A stretch of 64,000 bases of DNA from Actinomycetota bacterium (lineage in GTDB: Bacteria > Actinomycetota > Actinomycetes > JACCUZ01). Shown piece by piece: positions 18,788 to 29,563 of the stretch; position 1 is the first letter of the stretch; every line of letters begins with the position of its first letter. The DNA lies in the NCBI GenBank assembly GCA_030841035.1, contig JAVEDI010000026.1:68-64067 (forward strand), given 5' to 3'. A program made the translations under genes and the position numbers. The notes under the pieces are model-generated. The model was given only the letters and a program-made list of their open reading frames with translations, did not search any database and had not been told where the DNA came from.

Positions 18788-20520
18788 CGGCCGCACGCGT
18801 AGCCCTGCGCGCCGCGCGGGTTCGCCGCGGCCGCGAGCAGCCCGGTCGCCGGGTCGCGGGACACGGCGCAGAGCCGGCCCAGGCTCCACGGCCCGGCGCG
18901 AGTGACGTCGTGGCCACGCGCCGCGAGCTCGGTGAGCACCTCCTGGCCCAGCCGGTCCTCGGCGACCAGCCCGCCCGGCGACATGTCGCGGGGGTAGAAC
19001 GACGCGGGCAGCGAGGTCGTGTGGAACGCCGGCGCGTCGATCGCCTCCTGCAGGTCCAGGCCGCCGACGAGGTGCCTCAGCAGGAACAGCAGCTGCCACT
19101 GGTCCTGCTGGTCGCCGCCCGGGGTCCCGCACGCCAGGTAGGGCAGCCCGTCGCGCAGCACCAGCGTCGGGGACAGCGTCGTTCGGGGCCGCTTGCCGGG
19201 CGCGACGGTCGACGCCAGCCCCTCGTCGAGCCAGAACATCTGCATCCGGCTGCCCAGGCAGAACCCGAGCCCGGGCACGGTGGGCGAGCTCTGCAGCCAG
19301 CCTCCGCTCGGCGTCGCGGAGATGATGTTGCCCCACCGGTCGACCACGTCGACGTGACACGTGTCGCCCCTGGTGTCACCGTGGCGGCCGACCGTCGGCT
19401 CACCGAGACCGGCCGGTACGTCGAGAGACCGCGCGTGCAGGACGTGCTCGGGCAGCCGCGGCTCATGACCGGCGGGCCGGCCGGGACGCAGCTCGCGCGA
19501 CGCCTGCGCGCCGAGCAGGGCCAGCCGTGAGGCGACGTACGCCGGCTCGAGCAGGGCGTCGACGGGGACCTGCCCCGAGTCGCCGTACCACGCCTCCCGG
19601 TCGGCGAACGCGAGCTTGAGCACCTCGGCGGCGGTGTGCGCGCCGTCGGCCGAGGAGGGGTCCAGCGCCGCGTCGGGCAGCCCTTCGAGCATGGCCAGCG
19701 ACTGCAGCAGCACCGGGCCCTGCCCCCACGCCGCGGTCTTGGCGACCTCGACGTCGCGGAAGCCGCGGACCAGCGCCGGCTCGTAGGTCGCCGAGAAAGC
19801 CGCCAGGTCGGCGCCGGTCACGAGCCCCGCGTGGTCGCGACCGCTCGCGTCGCGGTGCGCCACCTTCTGGAACCGGTCGACCGCCTCGGCGACGAAGCCC
19901 TCACCCCACGCGCGGCGGGCCGCGTCGAGCTGGGCGGCCCGGTCGCTCCCGGCCGCCTCCCCTTCGGTGACCAGCCGCTCGAGCACGTCGGCGTAGTCGG
20001 TGTTGACGACCCGCTCCCAGGCGCCGGGCGGCCGGTCGTCGCGCAGCCACAGCTGCGCGGAGGTGGGCCAGTGGTCGCGGAACGTCGATGCCATCGAGGC
20101 CACCGTCTCGGCCGCGCGGGGCAGCAGCGGGTGCCCGTAACGGGCGTAGCCGATCGCGTAGGACAGCACAGCACGCAGCGACCGGGTGCCGTGGTCGCGG
20201 ACCAGCAGCAGCCACGCGTCGACCGCTCCGGGGACGGCGGCCGCGATGGGCCCCGAGCCGGGGATCAGGTCCAGGCCCAGGTCCAGGTAGTGCTCGCGGG
20301 TCGCGCCCGAGGGCGCCGGTCCCTGACCGCAGAGCACCACCGGCGTCGGGTCCTCGGCGGTCGCGAACACCGCCGGCACCTCGCCGCCGGCCCCGTTGAG
20401 GTGCGGCTCGACGACGTGCAGGACGAACGCCGCGGCGGCTGCCGCGTCGAAAGCGTTGCCGCCGGCCTCCAGCTCGGCCATCGCCGACTGGGAGGCCAGC
20501 CAGTGCGTGGAGGACACCAT
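18784..20520 (-). CDS. ggt: Gamma-glutamyltranspeptidase.
   Basis: ATG MVSSTHWLASQSAMAELEAGGNAFDAAAAAAFVL...TCHVDVVDRWGNIISATPSGG (autoprocessing Thr region). Its stop overlaps the GntR gene end. Confidence 0.88.
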   Translation of the reverse strand: MVSSTHWLASQSAMAELEAGGNAFDAAAAAAFVLHVVEPHLNGAGGEVPAVFATAEDPTPVVLCGQGPAPSGATREHYLDLGLDLIPGSGPIAAAVPGAVDAWLLLVRDHGTRSLRAVLSYAIGYARYGHPLLPRAAETVASMASTFRDHWPTSAQLWLRDDRPPGAWERVVNTDYADVLERLVTEGEAAGSDRAAQLDAARRAWGEGFVAEAVDRFQKVAHRDASGRDHAGLVTGADLAAFSATYEPALVRGFRDVEVAKTAAWGQGPVLLQSLAMLEGLPDAALDPSSADGAHTAAEVLKLAFADREAWYGDSGQVPVDALLEPAYVASRLALLGAQASRELRPGRPAGHEPRLPEHVLHARSLDVPAGLGEPTVGRHGDTRGDTCHVDVVDRWGNIISATPSGGWLQSSPTVPGLGFCLGSRMQMFWLDEGLASTVAPGKRPRTTLSPTLVLRDGLPYLACGTPGGDQQDQWQLLFLLRHLVGGLDLQEAIDAPAFHTTSLPASFYPRDMSPGGLVAEDRLGQEVLTELAARGHDVTRAGPWSLGRLCAVSRDPATGLLAAAANPRGAQGYACGR

Positions 20521-20558
20521 GCCGAAGGTTCCGCGGAGGGTCGGGCGGGTCGGGGCGC

Positions 20559-21566
20559 TCACTCCACGCGCCGTACGTCGGGCCCGGTGCCGTCGTCGGC
20601 GACCAGGTGGCAGGCGACCAGCGACCCGCCGGCCTCGCGCAGGTCGGGGACCTCGGTGGTGCAGCGGTCGACCGCGACCGGGCAGCGGGTGTGGAAGCGG
20701 CACCCGGACGGCGGCGAGAGGGAGCTCGGGATGTCACCCGAGAGCACGACGCGGCGCCGGCTGCGCTGGGTCGGCGGGTCGGGCACGGGAGCGGCGGAGA
20801 GCAGCGCCTGCGTGTAGGGGTGGCGGGGTGCGGTGAAGATCCGTTCCCGCGGGGCGCGTTCGGCGAGCTTGCCGAGATACATCACGGCGACCTCGTCGGC
20901 GAGGTACTCGACGGCGGCCAGGTCGTGGGTGATGAACAGGCAGGCGAAGCCCAGGTCCCGCTGCAGGTCGGCGAGCAGGTTCAGCACGCTGGCCTGGACC
21001 GAGACGTCGAGCGCGCTCGTCGGCTCGTCGGCGACCAGCAGGCTGGGCCGCGAGACCAGTGCCCGGGCGATGCTCACCCGCTGCCGCTGGCCGCCCGACA
21101 GCTCGTGGGCGTAGCGCCCGGCGACGCCCCGCCGCAGGCCGACCTTCTCGAGCATCTCGCCCACGCGCTCGGCGCGCTGCGAGGAGGAGGCGCCGTGCAG
21201 TCTCAGCGGTTCACCGACGATGGCGCCGACGGTCATGCGGGGGTCCAGCGAGCTGGCCGGGTCCTGGAAGACGATGGAGACCGTACGCCGGTGCGGGCGC
21301 ATCGCCCGGCGCGTCAGGCTGCTCACGTCGACACCGTTGAGGCGCACCGTGCCCGATGTCGGCTCGAGCAGCCGCACGATCAGGCGCCCCACCGTCGACT
21401 TGCCCGAGCCGCTCTCCCCGACCAGCGCCACCACCGTGCCGGGGTCGACGTGCAGCGAGATGCCGTCGACCGCGCGGACCGGCCCGAAGTGCTTGACCAG
21501 GTCGACCACCTCGCAGACCGGTGCGGGCGCGCCGTCGACGACCGGCTCCTGCAGTGCGGCGCTCAC
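20559..21566 (-). CDS. Peptide ABC transporter ATP-binding protein (DppF/OppF/GsiA-like).
   Basis: Walker [10 protein letters not shown], signature [16 protein letters not shown]-terminal oligopeptide-transporter extension. Confidence 0.9.
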   Translation of the reverse strand: MSAALQEPVVDGAPAPVCEVVDLVKHFGPVRAVDGISLHVDPGTVVALVGESGSGKSTVGRLIVRLLEPTSGTVRLNGVDVSSLTRRAMRPHRRTVSIVFQDPASSLDPRMTVGAIVGEPLRLHGASSSQRAERVGEMLEKVGLRRGVAGRYAHELSGGQRQRVSIARALVSRPSLLVADEPTSALDVSVQASVLNLLADLQRDLGFACLFITHDLAAVEYLADEVAVMYLGKLAERAPRERIFTAPRHPYTQALLSAAPVPDPPTQRSRRRVVLSGDIPSSLSPPSGCRFHTRCPVAVDRCTTEVPDLREAGGSLVACHLVADDGTGPDVRRVE

Positions 21567-22651
21567 CCCGACTCCTCTCTCGCGACACCGGGCGCCCGGT
21601 CTCCGGGCGCCCGGTCCCCGGGCGGGCGGGTGCCGGCAGGATGCCAGCAGGCCACCTCGTGGCTGCTCTGCGGTGCCGGCGCGAGCGGCGGCTCCTGGCT
21701 ACGGCAGCGCTCGTCGGCAGCCGGGCAGCGCGCGGCGAACGTGCACGCGTCCGGCTGCTGCTCGAGGGTAGGCACGAGACCGGGGATCTCGCGCAGCCGC
21801 TGCTCCCCGCCGCTGACCCGCGCCGACGGGACGGCGCCGAGCAGGCCCACGGTGTAGTGATGGCGCGGCCGGGCGAACAGCTCGTCCACCTCACTGCGCT
21901 CGACGACCCGGCCGGCGTACATCACCATCACCCGGTCCGCCACGTCGGCGACCACCCCCAGGTCGTGGGTGATCAGCACGATGGCGGCGCCGAGGCGGTC
22001 GCGCAGGTCACGCAGCACGTCGAGGATCCCGGCCTGCACGGTGACGTCCAGCGCGGTGGTCGGCTCGTCGGCCACCAGCACCCGCGGGTCGCACGCGACC
22101 GCCATCGCGATCATGACCCGCTGCCGGAGGCCGCCGGAGAGCTGGTGGGGGTACTGCCTGAGCCGCTCGCGGGGGTGCGGGATGCCGACCAGGTCGAGCA
22201 GCTCCACGGCCCGGTCGAGCGCCTGCGTTCGCGACATCCCCTCGTGCACCCGCAGCACCTCGGCGACCTGCCGCCCCACGGTGAAGACCGGGTTCAGCGA
22301 GGTCATCGGTTCCTGGAAGATGTAGGCGATCTCCTTGCCGCGCACCGCCCGGAGCTGGTCGGGGGAAGCGCCGACCAGCTCGCGGCCGCCCAGCCGCACC
22401 GAGCCCGAGACCGTGGCGTTGCGCGCCAGCAGCCCGGACAGCGCCATCGCGGCCACGCTCTTGCCGCAGCCCGACTCGCCGACCACCGCGAGCAGCTCGC
22501 CGGCCCGCGCGTCGAACGAGACGTGGTCGACGGCCGAGACAGGACCGTCCTCGGTGCGGAAGCCGACGGTGAGGTCACGTACCCGCAGCAGCGGCTCTTC
22601 CGCGTCGCCGGAGAGCAGGTCGGCCGCGGCGCCGGTCGCCGGCGCGCTCAC
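21563..22651 (-). CDS. Peptide ABC transporter ATP-binding protein (DppD/OppD-like).
   Basis: [12 protein letters not shown]... overlaps the permease TGA (GTGA). Walker [10 protein letters not shown], signature [14 protein letters not shown]. Confidence 0.88.
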   Translation of the reverse strand: MSAPATGAAADLLSGDAEEPLLRVRDLTVGFRTEDGPVSAVDHVSFDARAGELLAVVGESGCGKSVAAMALSGLLARNATVSGSVRLGGRELVGASPDQLRAVRGKEIAYIFQEPMTSLNPVFTVGRQVAEVLRVHEGMSRTQALDRAVELLDLVGIPHPRERLRQYPHQLSGGLRQRVMIAMAVACDPRVLVADEPTTALDVTVQAGILDVLRDLRDRLGAAIVLITHDLGVVADVADRVMVMYAGRVVERSEVDELFARPRHHYTVGLLGAVPSARVSGGEQRLREIPGLVPTLEQQPDACTFAARCPAADERCRSQEPPLAPAPQSSHEVACWHPAGTRPPGDRAPGDRAPGVAREESG

Positions 22652-23583
22652 CGTCGGCTCGCTCTCGGGTCGAGGGCGTCGCGCAGCCCGTCGCCGAACA
22701 GGTTGAACGCGAGGGTGATCACCATGATGGACAGGCCCGGGATGACCGCCGTCCACGGCGCCCGCGAGATGGACTGCTGGGCCTCCGAGAGCATCGTGCC
22801 GAGGCTGGGCGACGGGGGCTGGATGCCGAGACCGAGGAAGGACAGCACCGCCTCGCCGAGGATGGCGCCCGGGATGGCGACGGTGGCCTGCACGATGAGG
22901 ACGCTGGTCGCGTTGGGCAGGATGTGGCGGGCCACGACCCACAGGTCGCTGGCTCCCTCGGCGACCGCGGCCGCGACGTAGTCGAGGGAGGTGAGCCGCA
23001 ACGTCTCGGAGCGCGTGACCCGGATGATGCCGGGGATCTGCGCGATGCCGATCGCGATCGCCGCGTTGGACAGCGACGCACCGCGGATGGCCGCGAGCCC
23101 GACGGCGAGGATCAGGAAGGGGAACGCGAGCACCAGGTCGGTGAGCCGCGAGATCAGCCCGTCGAGCCGGTGGAAGTAGCCCGCCACCAGCCCGAGCGGC
23201 ACGGCGACCAGGAGGGCCAGCAGCACGGACAGGACGCCGACCAGCAGCGACGCGCGGGCACCGAAGAGGATGCGCGAGAGGATGTCGCGACCGAGCGCGT
23301 CGGTGCCCAGCAGGTAGCCGGGCGAGCCGGGCGGCACGAAGCGGGCGTCGAAGTGCGCGTCGTTCGGCCCGTACGGCGCGATCAGCGGCGCGACCACCGC
23401 GGCCAGCACCGCGGTGCACAGCACGAGCAGACCGGTCAGGGCCAGCGGGCTGCGGACCAGGCGCCGCAGGGCGCGGCCGCGGCGCGGCCGGAGCCCGGCG
23501 ACGGCCCCGCTCTCGACGAGCGGCGCCTCGACGGTCGTCATGCGGTGGCCCCGCGGCCGGGTGGGGCGTTCACGCGACATCAC
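22648..23583 (-). CDS. Peptide ABC transporter permease (DppC/OppC-like).
   Basis: BPD-transporter permease with an EAA-like loop. The start may be the internal Met at about 23541. Confidence 0.85.
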   Translation of the reverse strand: MMSRERPTRPRGHRMTTVEAPLVESGAVAGLRPRRGRALRRLVRSPLALTGLLVLCTAVLAAVVAPLIAPYGPNDAHFDARFVPPGSPGYLLGTDALGRDILSRILFGARASLLVGVLSVLLALLVAVPLGLVAGYFHRLDGLISRLTDLVLAFPFLILAVGLAAIRGASLSNAAIAIGIAQIPGIIRVTRSETLRLTSLDYVAAAVAEGASDLWVVARHILPNATSVLIVQATVAIPGAILGEAVLSFLGLGIQPPSPSLGTMLSEAQQSISRAPWTAVIPGLSIMVITLAFNLFGDGLRDALDPRASRR

Positions 23584-24526
23584 CGCGGACCCGGATCCGC
23601 GGGTCGATCAGCGAGTAGAGCAGGTCGACCAGCAGGTTGATGACGATGTACGCCGTCGCCGTGACGAGCACCACGCCCTGGATGACCGGGTAGTCACGCT
23701 GGAAGACCGAGTCGACGGTCAGCTTGCCGAAGCCGGGCAGCGCGAAGATGCGTTCGGTGACCACCGCTCCCGAGATCAGCGCCCCCAGCTGCAGGCCCAC
23801 GATCGTCACGACGACGATCAGGCTGTTGCGCAGCGCGTGGATCCCGACGACCGTGCGTTCCCGCAGGCCCTTGGCCCGCGCGGTGCGCACGTAGTCGGTG
23901 CTGAGCGCGTCGAGCATCGACGAGCGCGTCTGGCGCATGATGACCGCCGCCAGACCCGTGCCGAGCACCAGCGCCGGCAGCGCCATGTGCGCCAGGTTGG
24001 CCGCGGGATCCTCCAGGAACGGCACGTGCCCCGACGCCGGGAAGATTGACCACGCCACCGAGAGCCACAGGATGGCCATCAGCCCGAGCCAGAAGTTCGG
24101 CACCGAGAGGCCGAGCAGCGCGAACCCGTTGGCAAGCCACTCGGCGGGGCGACCGCGACGGACGGCCGCCAGGACTCCGGTGAGCACGCCGATGAGCGCG
24201 GCGACGGTGAGCGCGAGAAGGGAGAGCTCCATCGTGACGGGCAGGGCGCCGGCGAGCAGGCTGCGCACCGGGATGTTCGTGCGCACCGACGTACCGAAGT
24301 CGCCCGTCAGGCTGTGCGTGAGGTAGCGCCAGTACTGCACCCACACCGCGTCGTCGAGCCCGTACTTGGCGCGGATCGCGGCGACCTGCGCAGGGTTGTT
24401 CTCCTCGCCCGCGAGCGCGCGGGCCGGGTCGCCGGGCAGCGCGCGGACCCCCGCGAACACCACCACCGTGGCCAGCAGCAGGGTCACCAGCGACTGGCCG
24501 AGCCGGCTCAGGAGGTACCTGCCCAT
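23570..24526 (-). CDS. Peptide ABC transporter permease (DppB/OppB-like).
   Basis: ATG MGRYLLSRLGQSLVTLLLATVVVFA..., 318 aa. The 659-aa track ORF is a run-on. Confidence 0.88.
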   Translation of the reverse strand: MGRYLLSRLGQSLVTLLLATVVVFAGVRALPGDPARALAGEENNPAQVAAIRAKYGLDDAVWVQYWRYLTHSLTGDFGTSVRTNIPVRSLLAGALPVTMELSLLALTVAALIGVLTGVLAAVRRGRPAEWLANGFALLGLSVPNFWLGLMAILWLSVAWSIFPASGHVPFLEDPAANLAHMALPALVLGTGLAAVIMRQTRSSMLDALSTDYVRTARAKGLRERTVVGIHALRNSLIVVVTIVGLQLGALISGAVVTERIFALPGFGKLTVDSVFQRDYPVIQGVVLVTATAYIVINLLVDLLYSLIDPRIRVRGDVA

Positions 24527-24543
24527 GACCGAGGTCCTCGCGG

Positions 24544-26172
24544 TCAGGAGGTGTAGCCGGCGAAGGCGACCCGGATCAGGCCGTCCGCGTAGACCTGCAC
24601 CCCGGAGACCTTCTTGCTGAGGCCGGTCAGGTTGCGCTGCCGGTAGAGATAGATGATCGGGACGTCCTGCTGCAGCATCGTCTGCACCTGGCCGTAGAGC
24701 TTGGCGCGCTCGGCGGTGTCCTGCGACTGGCGGGCCTGGTCGAGCAGCCTGTCGACGGCGGGGTTGCTGTAGCCCCCGACGTTCTGCGAGCCCTGGGTGC
24801 CGAGGAAGTTGGTGGTGTTGGCGTCGGGGTCGACCCGCCCCGACCAGCCCAGCTGCAGCACCGAGAACTTGCCCCGGTCCTCCTGGTCGAGCAGCGAGGT
24901 GAACTCCACCGGGTCGATCTTCATGTCGAAGCCGCCCTGCTTGACCATGGCCTGCAGCGTCTGCGCGAACTGCAGCGTGACCGGGGTGTTGGTCACCAGC
25001 ATCTGCAGGCGGTAGGGCGTCTTGACGCCGGCCTGGGCGAGCAGCTGCTTGGCCTTGGCGGGGTCGTAGCCCCGGCACTGCTGGACCGCGTCGGTGCTGA
25101 ACTCGCTGCGCGGCGACACCGGCCCGCAGGCGGGGTCGAACAAGCCGTCGAAGACGTTGTCGATCAAGGCTTTGCGGTCGATGGAGTACTCGAAGGCCTG
25201 CCGGATCCGGGGGTCCTTGGCGTAGGGCTGGTTGATCTTGCCGGGCGGCTTGCCGACGCCGGCGACGTTGCCGATGTTGAAGGTGATGCCCTGGTAGCCG
25301 AGCGACGGCGACTCGAGCACGCTCAGGTTCGCGTCGGACTTGATCGACGGTACGTCGTCGGTGCCGAGCGTGTCGGCGACCTGGGCGTCCCCCGACTTGA
25401 GGTTCGCGGCACGGATGCTGCCGTCGGTGATGATGCGGTAGACGATCCGGTCGAGGTGCACCTTGGCGGCGTCGTAGTAGTGGGGGTCCTTCACCAGCTC
25501 GATCGAGTTCTGCGGCACCCGCTTGGCGAGCTTGAACGGCCCCACGCACACCGGTGCGTTGCCGAAGTCGTCACCCTTGGCCTTGAGCTGCGTCGGGCTC
25601 ATGATCATGCCGGACCGGTCGGCGAGCGCCGCGGTCAGCGGCGAGAACGGCGTCTTGAGGTGGATGGTCACCGTCGTCGGTGCGGTCGCGTCGATCGAGG
25701 CGATGGGGCCCAGCTCGCTGACCCGGGCGCTCTGCGGGTTGGTCAGGTCGCGCTCGAGGGTGGTCTTGACCGCCGCGCTGTCCAGCGGGGTGCCGTCGGC
25801 GAACGTGATGCCCTGGCGCAGCTCGATCGTCACGGTCTTGCCGTCGGCGGAGGCCTTGGGCAGCGACTTCGCCAGCTGCGGGACGATGTGCACCTGCGAG
25901 TCGAGGTCGTAGAGCTTCTCGCACATCGCGTTGAAGATGTAGCGGCTGTAGAGCGACCCGGCCAGCGTCGGGTCGAGGAAGTCGGGCTCCGCGGAGAGCG
26001 CGACGGTCAGGGTGCCGCCGTTCCTGACCTTGCCCGCCGCGGCACCGACGTCGTCGTTGCGGGCGCTGGAGTCCGAGCCGGAGCTGGAGCCGGACCCGAC
26101 CGAGGAGCAGCCGGCCAGCAGCAGCGCGGCCAGCGGGACGGCGAACGACCGTGCGAGGCGGGGATGCGACAT
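24544..26172 (-). CDS. Peptide/glutathione ABC transporter substrate-binding lipoprotein (family 5 SBP).
   Basis: Signal peptide and lipobox LLAGCSS. 542 aa, family-5 SBP architecture. Confidence 0.88.
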   Translation of the reverse strand: MSHPRLARSFAVPLAALLLAGCSSVGSGSSSGSDSSARNDDVGAAAGKVRNGGTLTVALSAEPDFLDPTLAGSLYSRYIFNAMCEKLYDLDSQVHIVPQLAKSLPKASADGKTVTIELRQGITFADGTPLDSAAVKTTLERDLTNPQSARVSELGPIASIDATAPTTVTIHLKTPFSPLTAALADRSGMIMSPTQLKAKGDDFGNAPVCVGPFKLAKRVPQNSIELVKDPHYYDAAKVHLDRIVYRIITDGSIRAANLKSGDAQVADTLGTDDVPSIKSDANLSVLESPSLGYQGITFNIGNVAGVGKPPGKINQPYAKDPRIRQAFEYSIDRKALIDNVFDGLFDPACGPVSPRSEFSTDAVQQCRGYDPAKAKQLLAQAGVKTPYRLQMLVTNTPVTLQFAQTLQAMVKQGGFDMKIDPVEFTSLLDQEDRGKFSVLQLGWSGRVDPDANTTNFLGTQGSQNVGGYSNPAVDRLLDQARQSQDTAERAKLYGQVQTMLQQDVPIIYLYRQRNLTGLSKKVSGVQVYADGLIRVAFAGYTS

Positions 26173-26276
26173 GGGGTTGCCCTTCGACAGGCCGGCGGGT
26201 GGCGATCAACGTATGTTGTATACCGTCAAAAGGGAAGACTGAGGCCACACCCGGGCATACGCCCGCGCCGGCCCCC

Positions 26277-27515
26277 TCAGACGCCAGCGGCGATGTCGCC
26301 GCGGTGGTGGCCGCCCTCGAGGCCGAGATGGGCCAGGGCGGCGTACGCCGACACGCGCGCGGCGGGTACGTCGGGGCCGGTGCCCACGACCGAGAGCACC
26401 CGGCCGCCGGTGCTGATGACCGCACCGTCGGGGCCCAGCCCGGTGCCGGCGTGCAGGACCAGGGCGCCCGGCTGCGCGCCGGCCAGGTCGAGGCCGGTCA
26501 CGACACCGCCGAGCCGGGGACCGGCCGGGTAGCCGGGCGCCGCCAGCACGACGGTGACGGCCGCGCCCTCGTCCCAGTCCAGCGCACCGACCTCGGCCAG
26601 CCGGCCGGTCGCCGCGGCGTGCAGCAGCCGCCCCAGCGGCGTCCGCAGCCGGGCCAGCACCACCTGGGTCTCGGGGTCGCCGAAGCGCGCGTTGAACTCG
26701 ATGACCCGCACGCCGCGCGACGTGAGCGCGAGCCCCGCGTACAACAGCCCCGTGAACGGCGTCCCGCGGCGCGCCATCTCCTCGACCGTGGGCACCAGCA
26801 CGCCGGTGAGGACCTCCTCGACCAGGTCGGCGGGCGCCCAGGGCAGGGGCGAGTAGGCACCCATCCCGCCGGTGTTGGGGCCGGCGTCCCCGTCGGCGAC
26901 CCGCTTGAAGTCCTGCGCCGGGCACAGCGCCAGGACGGTCACCCCGTCGGTGACCGCGAACAGCGAGACCTCGGGGCCGTCGAGGAACTCCTCGACGACG
27001 ACCCGCTCGCAGGACAGCGCGTGGCGCAGCGCCTCGGCGCGGTCCGCGGTGACCACGACCCCCTTGCCGGCGGCCAGCCCGTCGTCCTTGACCACGTAGG
27101 GCGGCCCGAAGGCGTCGAGCGCCGCCTCGATCTCGGCCGGTGAGGCCGGCACGGCGGCGCGCGCCGTCGGCACCCCCGCGGCGGCCATCACCTCCTTGGC
27201 GAAGGCCTTCGAGCCCTCGAGCCGGGCCGCGGCACGCGAGGGCCCGAAGCAGGCGATGCCCGCCGCGCGAACGGCGTCGGCGGCTCCGGCGACGAGCGGC
27301 ACCTCCGGACCGATCACGACCAGGTCGACGGCGAGCCGCCCGGCGAGCTCGGCGACGGCCGCGGGGTCGGTGACGTCGAGCGGCTCGGTGGCGACGTCGG
27401 CGGCGATCCCCGCGTTGCCCGGCGCACCGGTGACCTGCGTGACCCCGGGGTCGGCCAGCAGCGAACGCACCAGCGCATGCTCGCGGGCACCTGCGCCGAC
27501 GACCAGGACCTTCAC
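26277..27515 (-). CDS. purD: Phosphoribosylamine--glycine ligase.
   Basis: [19 protein letters not shown]...ATP-grasp motifs. Its GTG overlaps the TGA of the upstream gene (GTGA). Confidence 0.93.
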   Translation of the reverse strand: MKVLVVGAGAREHALVRSLLADPGVTQVTGAPGNAGIAADVATEPLDVTDPAAVAELAGRLAVDLVVIGPEVPLVAGAADAVRAAGIACFGPSRAAARLEGSKAFAKEVMAAAGVPTARAAVPASPAEIEAALDAFGPPYVVKDDGLAAGKGVVVTADRAEALRHALSCERVVVEEFLDGPEVSLFAVTDGVTVLALCPAQDFKRVADGDAGPNTGGMGAYSPLPWAPADLVEEVLTGVLVPTVEEMARRGTPFTGLLYAGLALTSRGVRVIEFNARFGDPETQVVLARLRTPLGRLLHAAATGRLAEVGALDWDEGAAVTVVLAAPGYPAGPRLGGVVTGLDLAGAQPGALVLHAGTGLGPDGAVISTGGRVLSVVGTGPDVPAARVSAYAALAHLGLEGGHHRGDIAAGV

Positions 27516-28069
27516 GACTTCCAGAACTCCCACCAGCGAGGCCGCTGGGTCGGCAGGGACTCCGGCGGGTGCGGGCGCGACTCCGGCGGCGTGGCCGAGG
27601 TACCGTCGAGGCCGCCCGGATCGTCGTCGTCCTCGTCCCATCCGCGCGCCGGACGACGAACGGCGACGCCGCCCTCGGGCCGCTCGCTGACCGGCTCCTC
27701 GAGCTGCGGGTCGTAACCCTCGAGCCCGGTCGCCCGCTCGATCTCGCGCGCCAGGGCGTAGGCCTTGGACATCACCTCGACGCTGCTCTCGCCGAACTCG
27801 CCGTACGGCACGCGGATGGCGACCTCGCCGTTGAACACCGACAGCTGGATGCCGGTCGGCGGGTGGGTCAGCTCGCGGGTCGCCTCGTCGTCGAACTCCT
27901 CGACCTCCCCGAGGATCTGACGGGCCAGCGGGAGGATCGTCTCCCAGTTCTCCAGCTCGACATCGCGCAGCGGCCCGGGATCGCCCTGGAAGGCCTCCTC
28001 GGTCTCGTCGAGAGCGTCCTCGAACGACTGACCGGGGTCGCGTCGCACGAAGTAGATGTCGTAGCTCAC
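27512..28069 (-). CDS. Hypothetical acidic protein, about 185 aa, translationally coupled to purD.
   Basis: Coding-like frame [28 protein letters not shown]...WWEFWKS. Its stop is embedded in the purD GTGA. The start is uncertain (GTG at about 28069 or TTG at about 28087). Confidence 0.55.
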   Translation of the reverse strand: MSYDIYFVRRDPGQSFEDALDETEEAFQGDPGPLRDVELENWETILPLARQILGEVEEFDDEATRELTHPPTGIQLSVFNGEVAIRVPYGEFGESSVEVMSKAYALAREIERATGLEGYDPQLEEPVSERPEGGVAVRRPARGWDEDDDDPGGLDGTSATPPESRPHPPESLPTQRPRWWEFWKS

Positions 28070-28098
28070 GTCGGCAACGCTAACCAATCGGAGGGCGG

Positions 28099-29463
28099 TC
28101 AAACGGTGGTGACCGCGTCGGCCACGCTCAGGGCGTCGTCCAGGATGGCCAGGCCCTCCTTGGCCTCGGCTTCGGAGACGGTGCACGGCGGCACGACGTG
28201 CAGCCGGTTGAAGTTGACGAACGGCAGCAGACCGCGCTGCTTGCAGGCACTGACCAGGTCGGCCATCGGCTTGTTCGCCTCACCGCTGGCGTTGTAGGGC
28301 ACGAGCATCTCGCGCGTCTGCCTGTCGCGCACGAGGTCCAACGCCCAGAACACGCCCAGCCCGCGGACCTCGCCGACGCTGGGGTGGCGCGACGCGATCT
28401 CACGCAGGCCCGGGCCGAGCACGGTCTCGCCCACCTCGCGGGCGTGCTCGACGATGCCCTCGTCGTGGAAGGCGTTGATGCTCGCCACCGCTGCGGCGCA
28501 GGCGAGCGGGTGACCGGAGTAGGTCAGCCCCCCCGGGAACACCCGCTCGGCGAACGTGGCGGCGATCGGCTCGCAGATGATGACGCCGCCGAGCGGCACG
28601 TAGCCGGAGTTGGAGCCCTTGGCGAAGGTGATCAGGTCGGGCGTCACACCCCACCTGTCGACGGCGAACCACTCGCCCGCCCGGCCAAAACCGGCCATCA
28701 CCTCGTCGGCGATGTAGACGATGCCGTAGCGGTCGCAGATGTCGCGCACACCGGCGAGGTAGCCGTCGGGCGGCACGAGGACCCCGGCGGTGCCGGGGAT
28801 GGTCTCGAGGATGATCGCGGCGATGGTCGAGGGCCCCTCGAACGCGACGAGCGACTCCAGGTGCTCGAGCGCGCGCTCGCACTCCTGCTCCGGTGACGTC
28901 GACCAGAACGGCGAGCGGTAGGCGTAGGGCCCGAAGAAGTGCACGACGCCGGTCGCGCCCCCGTCGTTCGCCCAGCGCCGCGGGTCACCGGTCAGCTGCA
29001 CGGCCGTCGTGGTGTTGCCGTGGTAGCTGCGGTAGGTGGCCAGCACCTTGTGCCGGCCGGTGTGCAGCCGGGCCATCCGTACGGCGTTCTCCACCGCGTC
29101 GGCGCCGCCGTTGGTGAAGAACACCTTCTCGAGCCCGTCGGGCGCGACCTGCGCGATCAGCCGGGCCGCCTCCGAGCGCGCGGCGTTGGCGTGCTGCGGC
29201 GCGATGGTGCACAGCCGGGCGGCCTGCTCCTGGATCGCGGCGACCACCTTCGGGTGCTGGTGGCCGATGTTGGTGTTGACCAGCTGCGAGGAGAAGTCGA
29301 GGTACCGGTTGCCGTCGTAGTCCCACACGTGGCTGCCTTCGGCTCCGGCGATGACCATCGGCGAGATCAGCGCCTGCGCCGACCAGGAGTGGAACACGTG
29401 GGCACGGTCGAGCTCGTAGGCCCGGCGGCCCTCCGCCGGGTCAGGGGTGAGGGCAGAGGTCAT
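28099..29463 (-). CDS. Class-III (omega) aminotransferase, PLP-dependent.
   Basis: 454 aa. Carries the FAKGSNSGYVPLGGVI block for the PLP-lysine region and DEVMAGFGRAGEWF. Confidence 0.88.
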   Translation of the reverse strand: MTSALTPDPAEGRRAYELDRAHVFHSWSAQALISPMVIAGAEGSHVWDYDGNRYLDFSSQLVNTNIGHQHPKVVAAIQEQAARLCTIAPQHANAARSEAARLIAQVAPDGLEKVFFTNGGADAVENAVRMARLHTGRHKVLATYRSYHGNTTTAVQLTGDPRRWANDGGATGVVHFFGPYAYRSPFWSTSPEQECERALEHLESLVAFEGPSTIAAIILETIPGTAGVLVPPDGYLAGVRDICDRYGIVYIADEVMAGFGRAGEWFAVDRWGVTPDLITFAKGSNSGYVPLGGVIICEPIAATFAERVFPGGLTYSGHPLACAAAVASINAFHDEGIVEHAREVGETVLGPGLREIASRHPSVGEVRGLGVFWALDLVRDRQTREMLVPYNASGEANKPMADLVSACKQRGLLPFVNFNRLHVVPPCTVSEAEAKEGLAILDDALSVADAVTTV

Positions 29464-29563
29464 GGGCGAAGCCTAGAGCGAGCACGCAGATGCCCACGAG
29501 GGTGTCCAGGACGTTCGTCGCCCGGGCGGGGCCGCGCGGCCCCCTAGTCCCTAGGGTTGCCCC

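Noticed and set aside
18073-19530. 485-aa + strand ORF overlapping the GntR and ggt genes
   Set aside because: Out-of-frame with the GntR gene, which has a clear HTH + FCD domain structure, and antisense to ggt.
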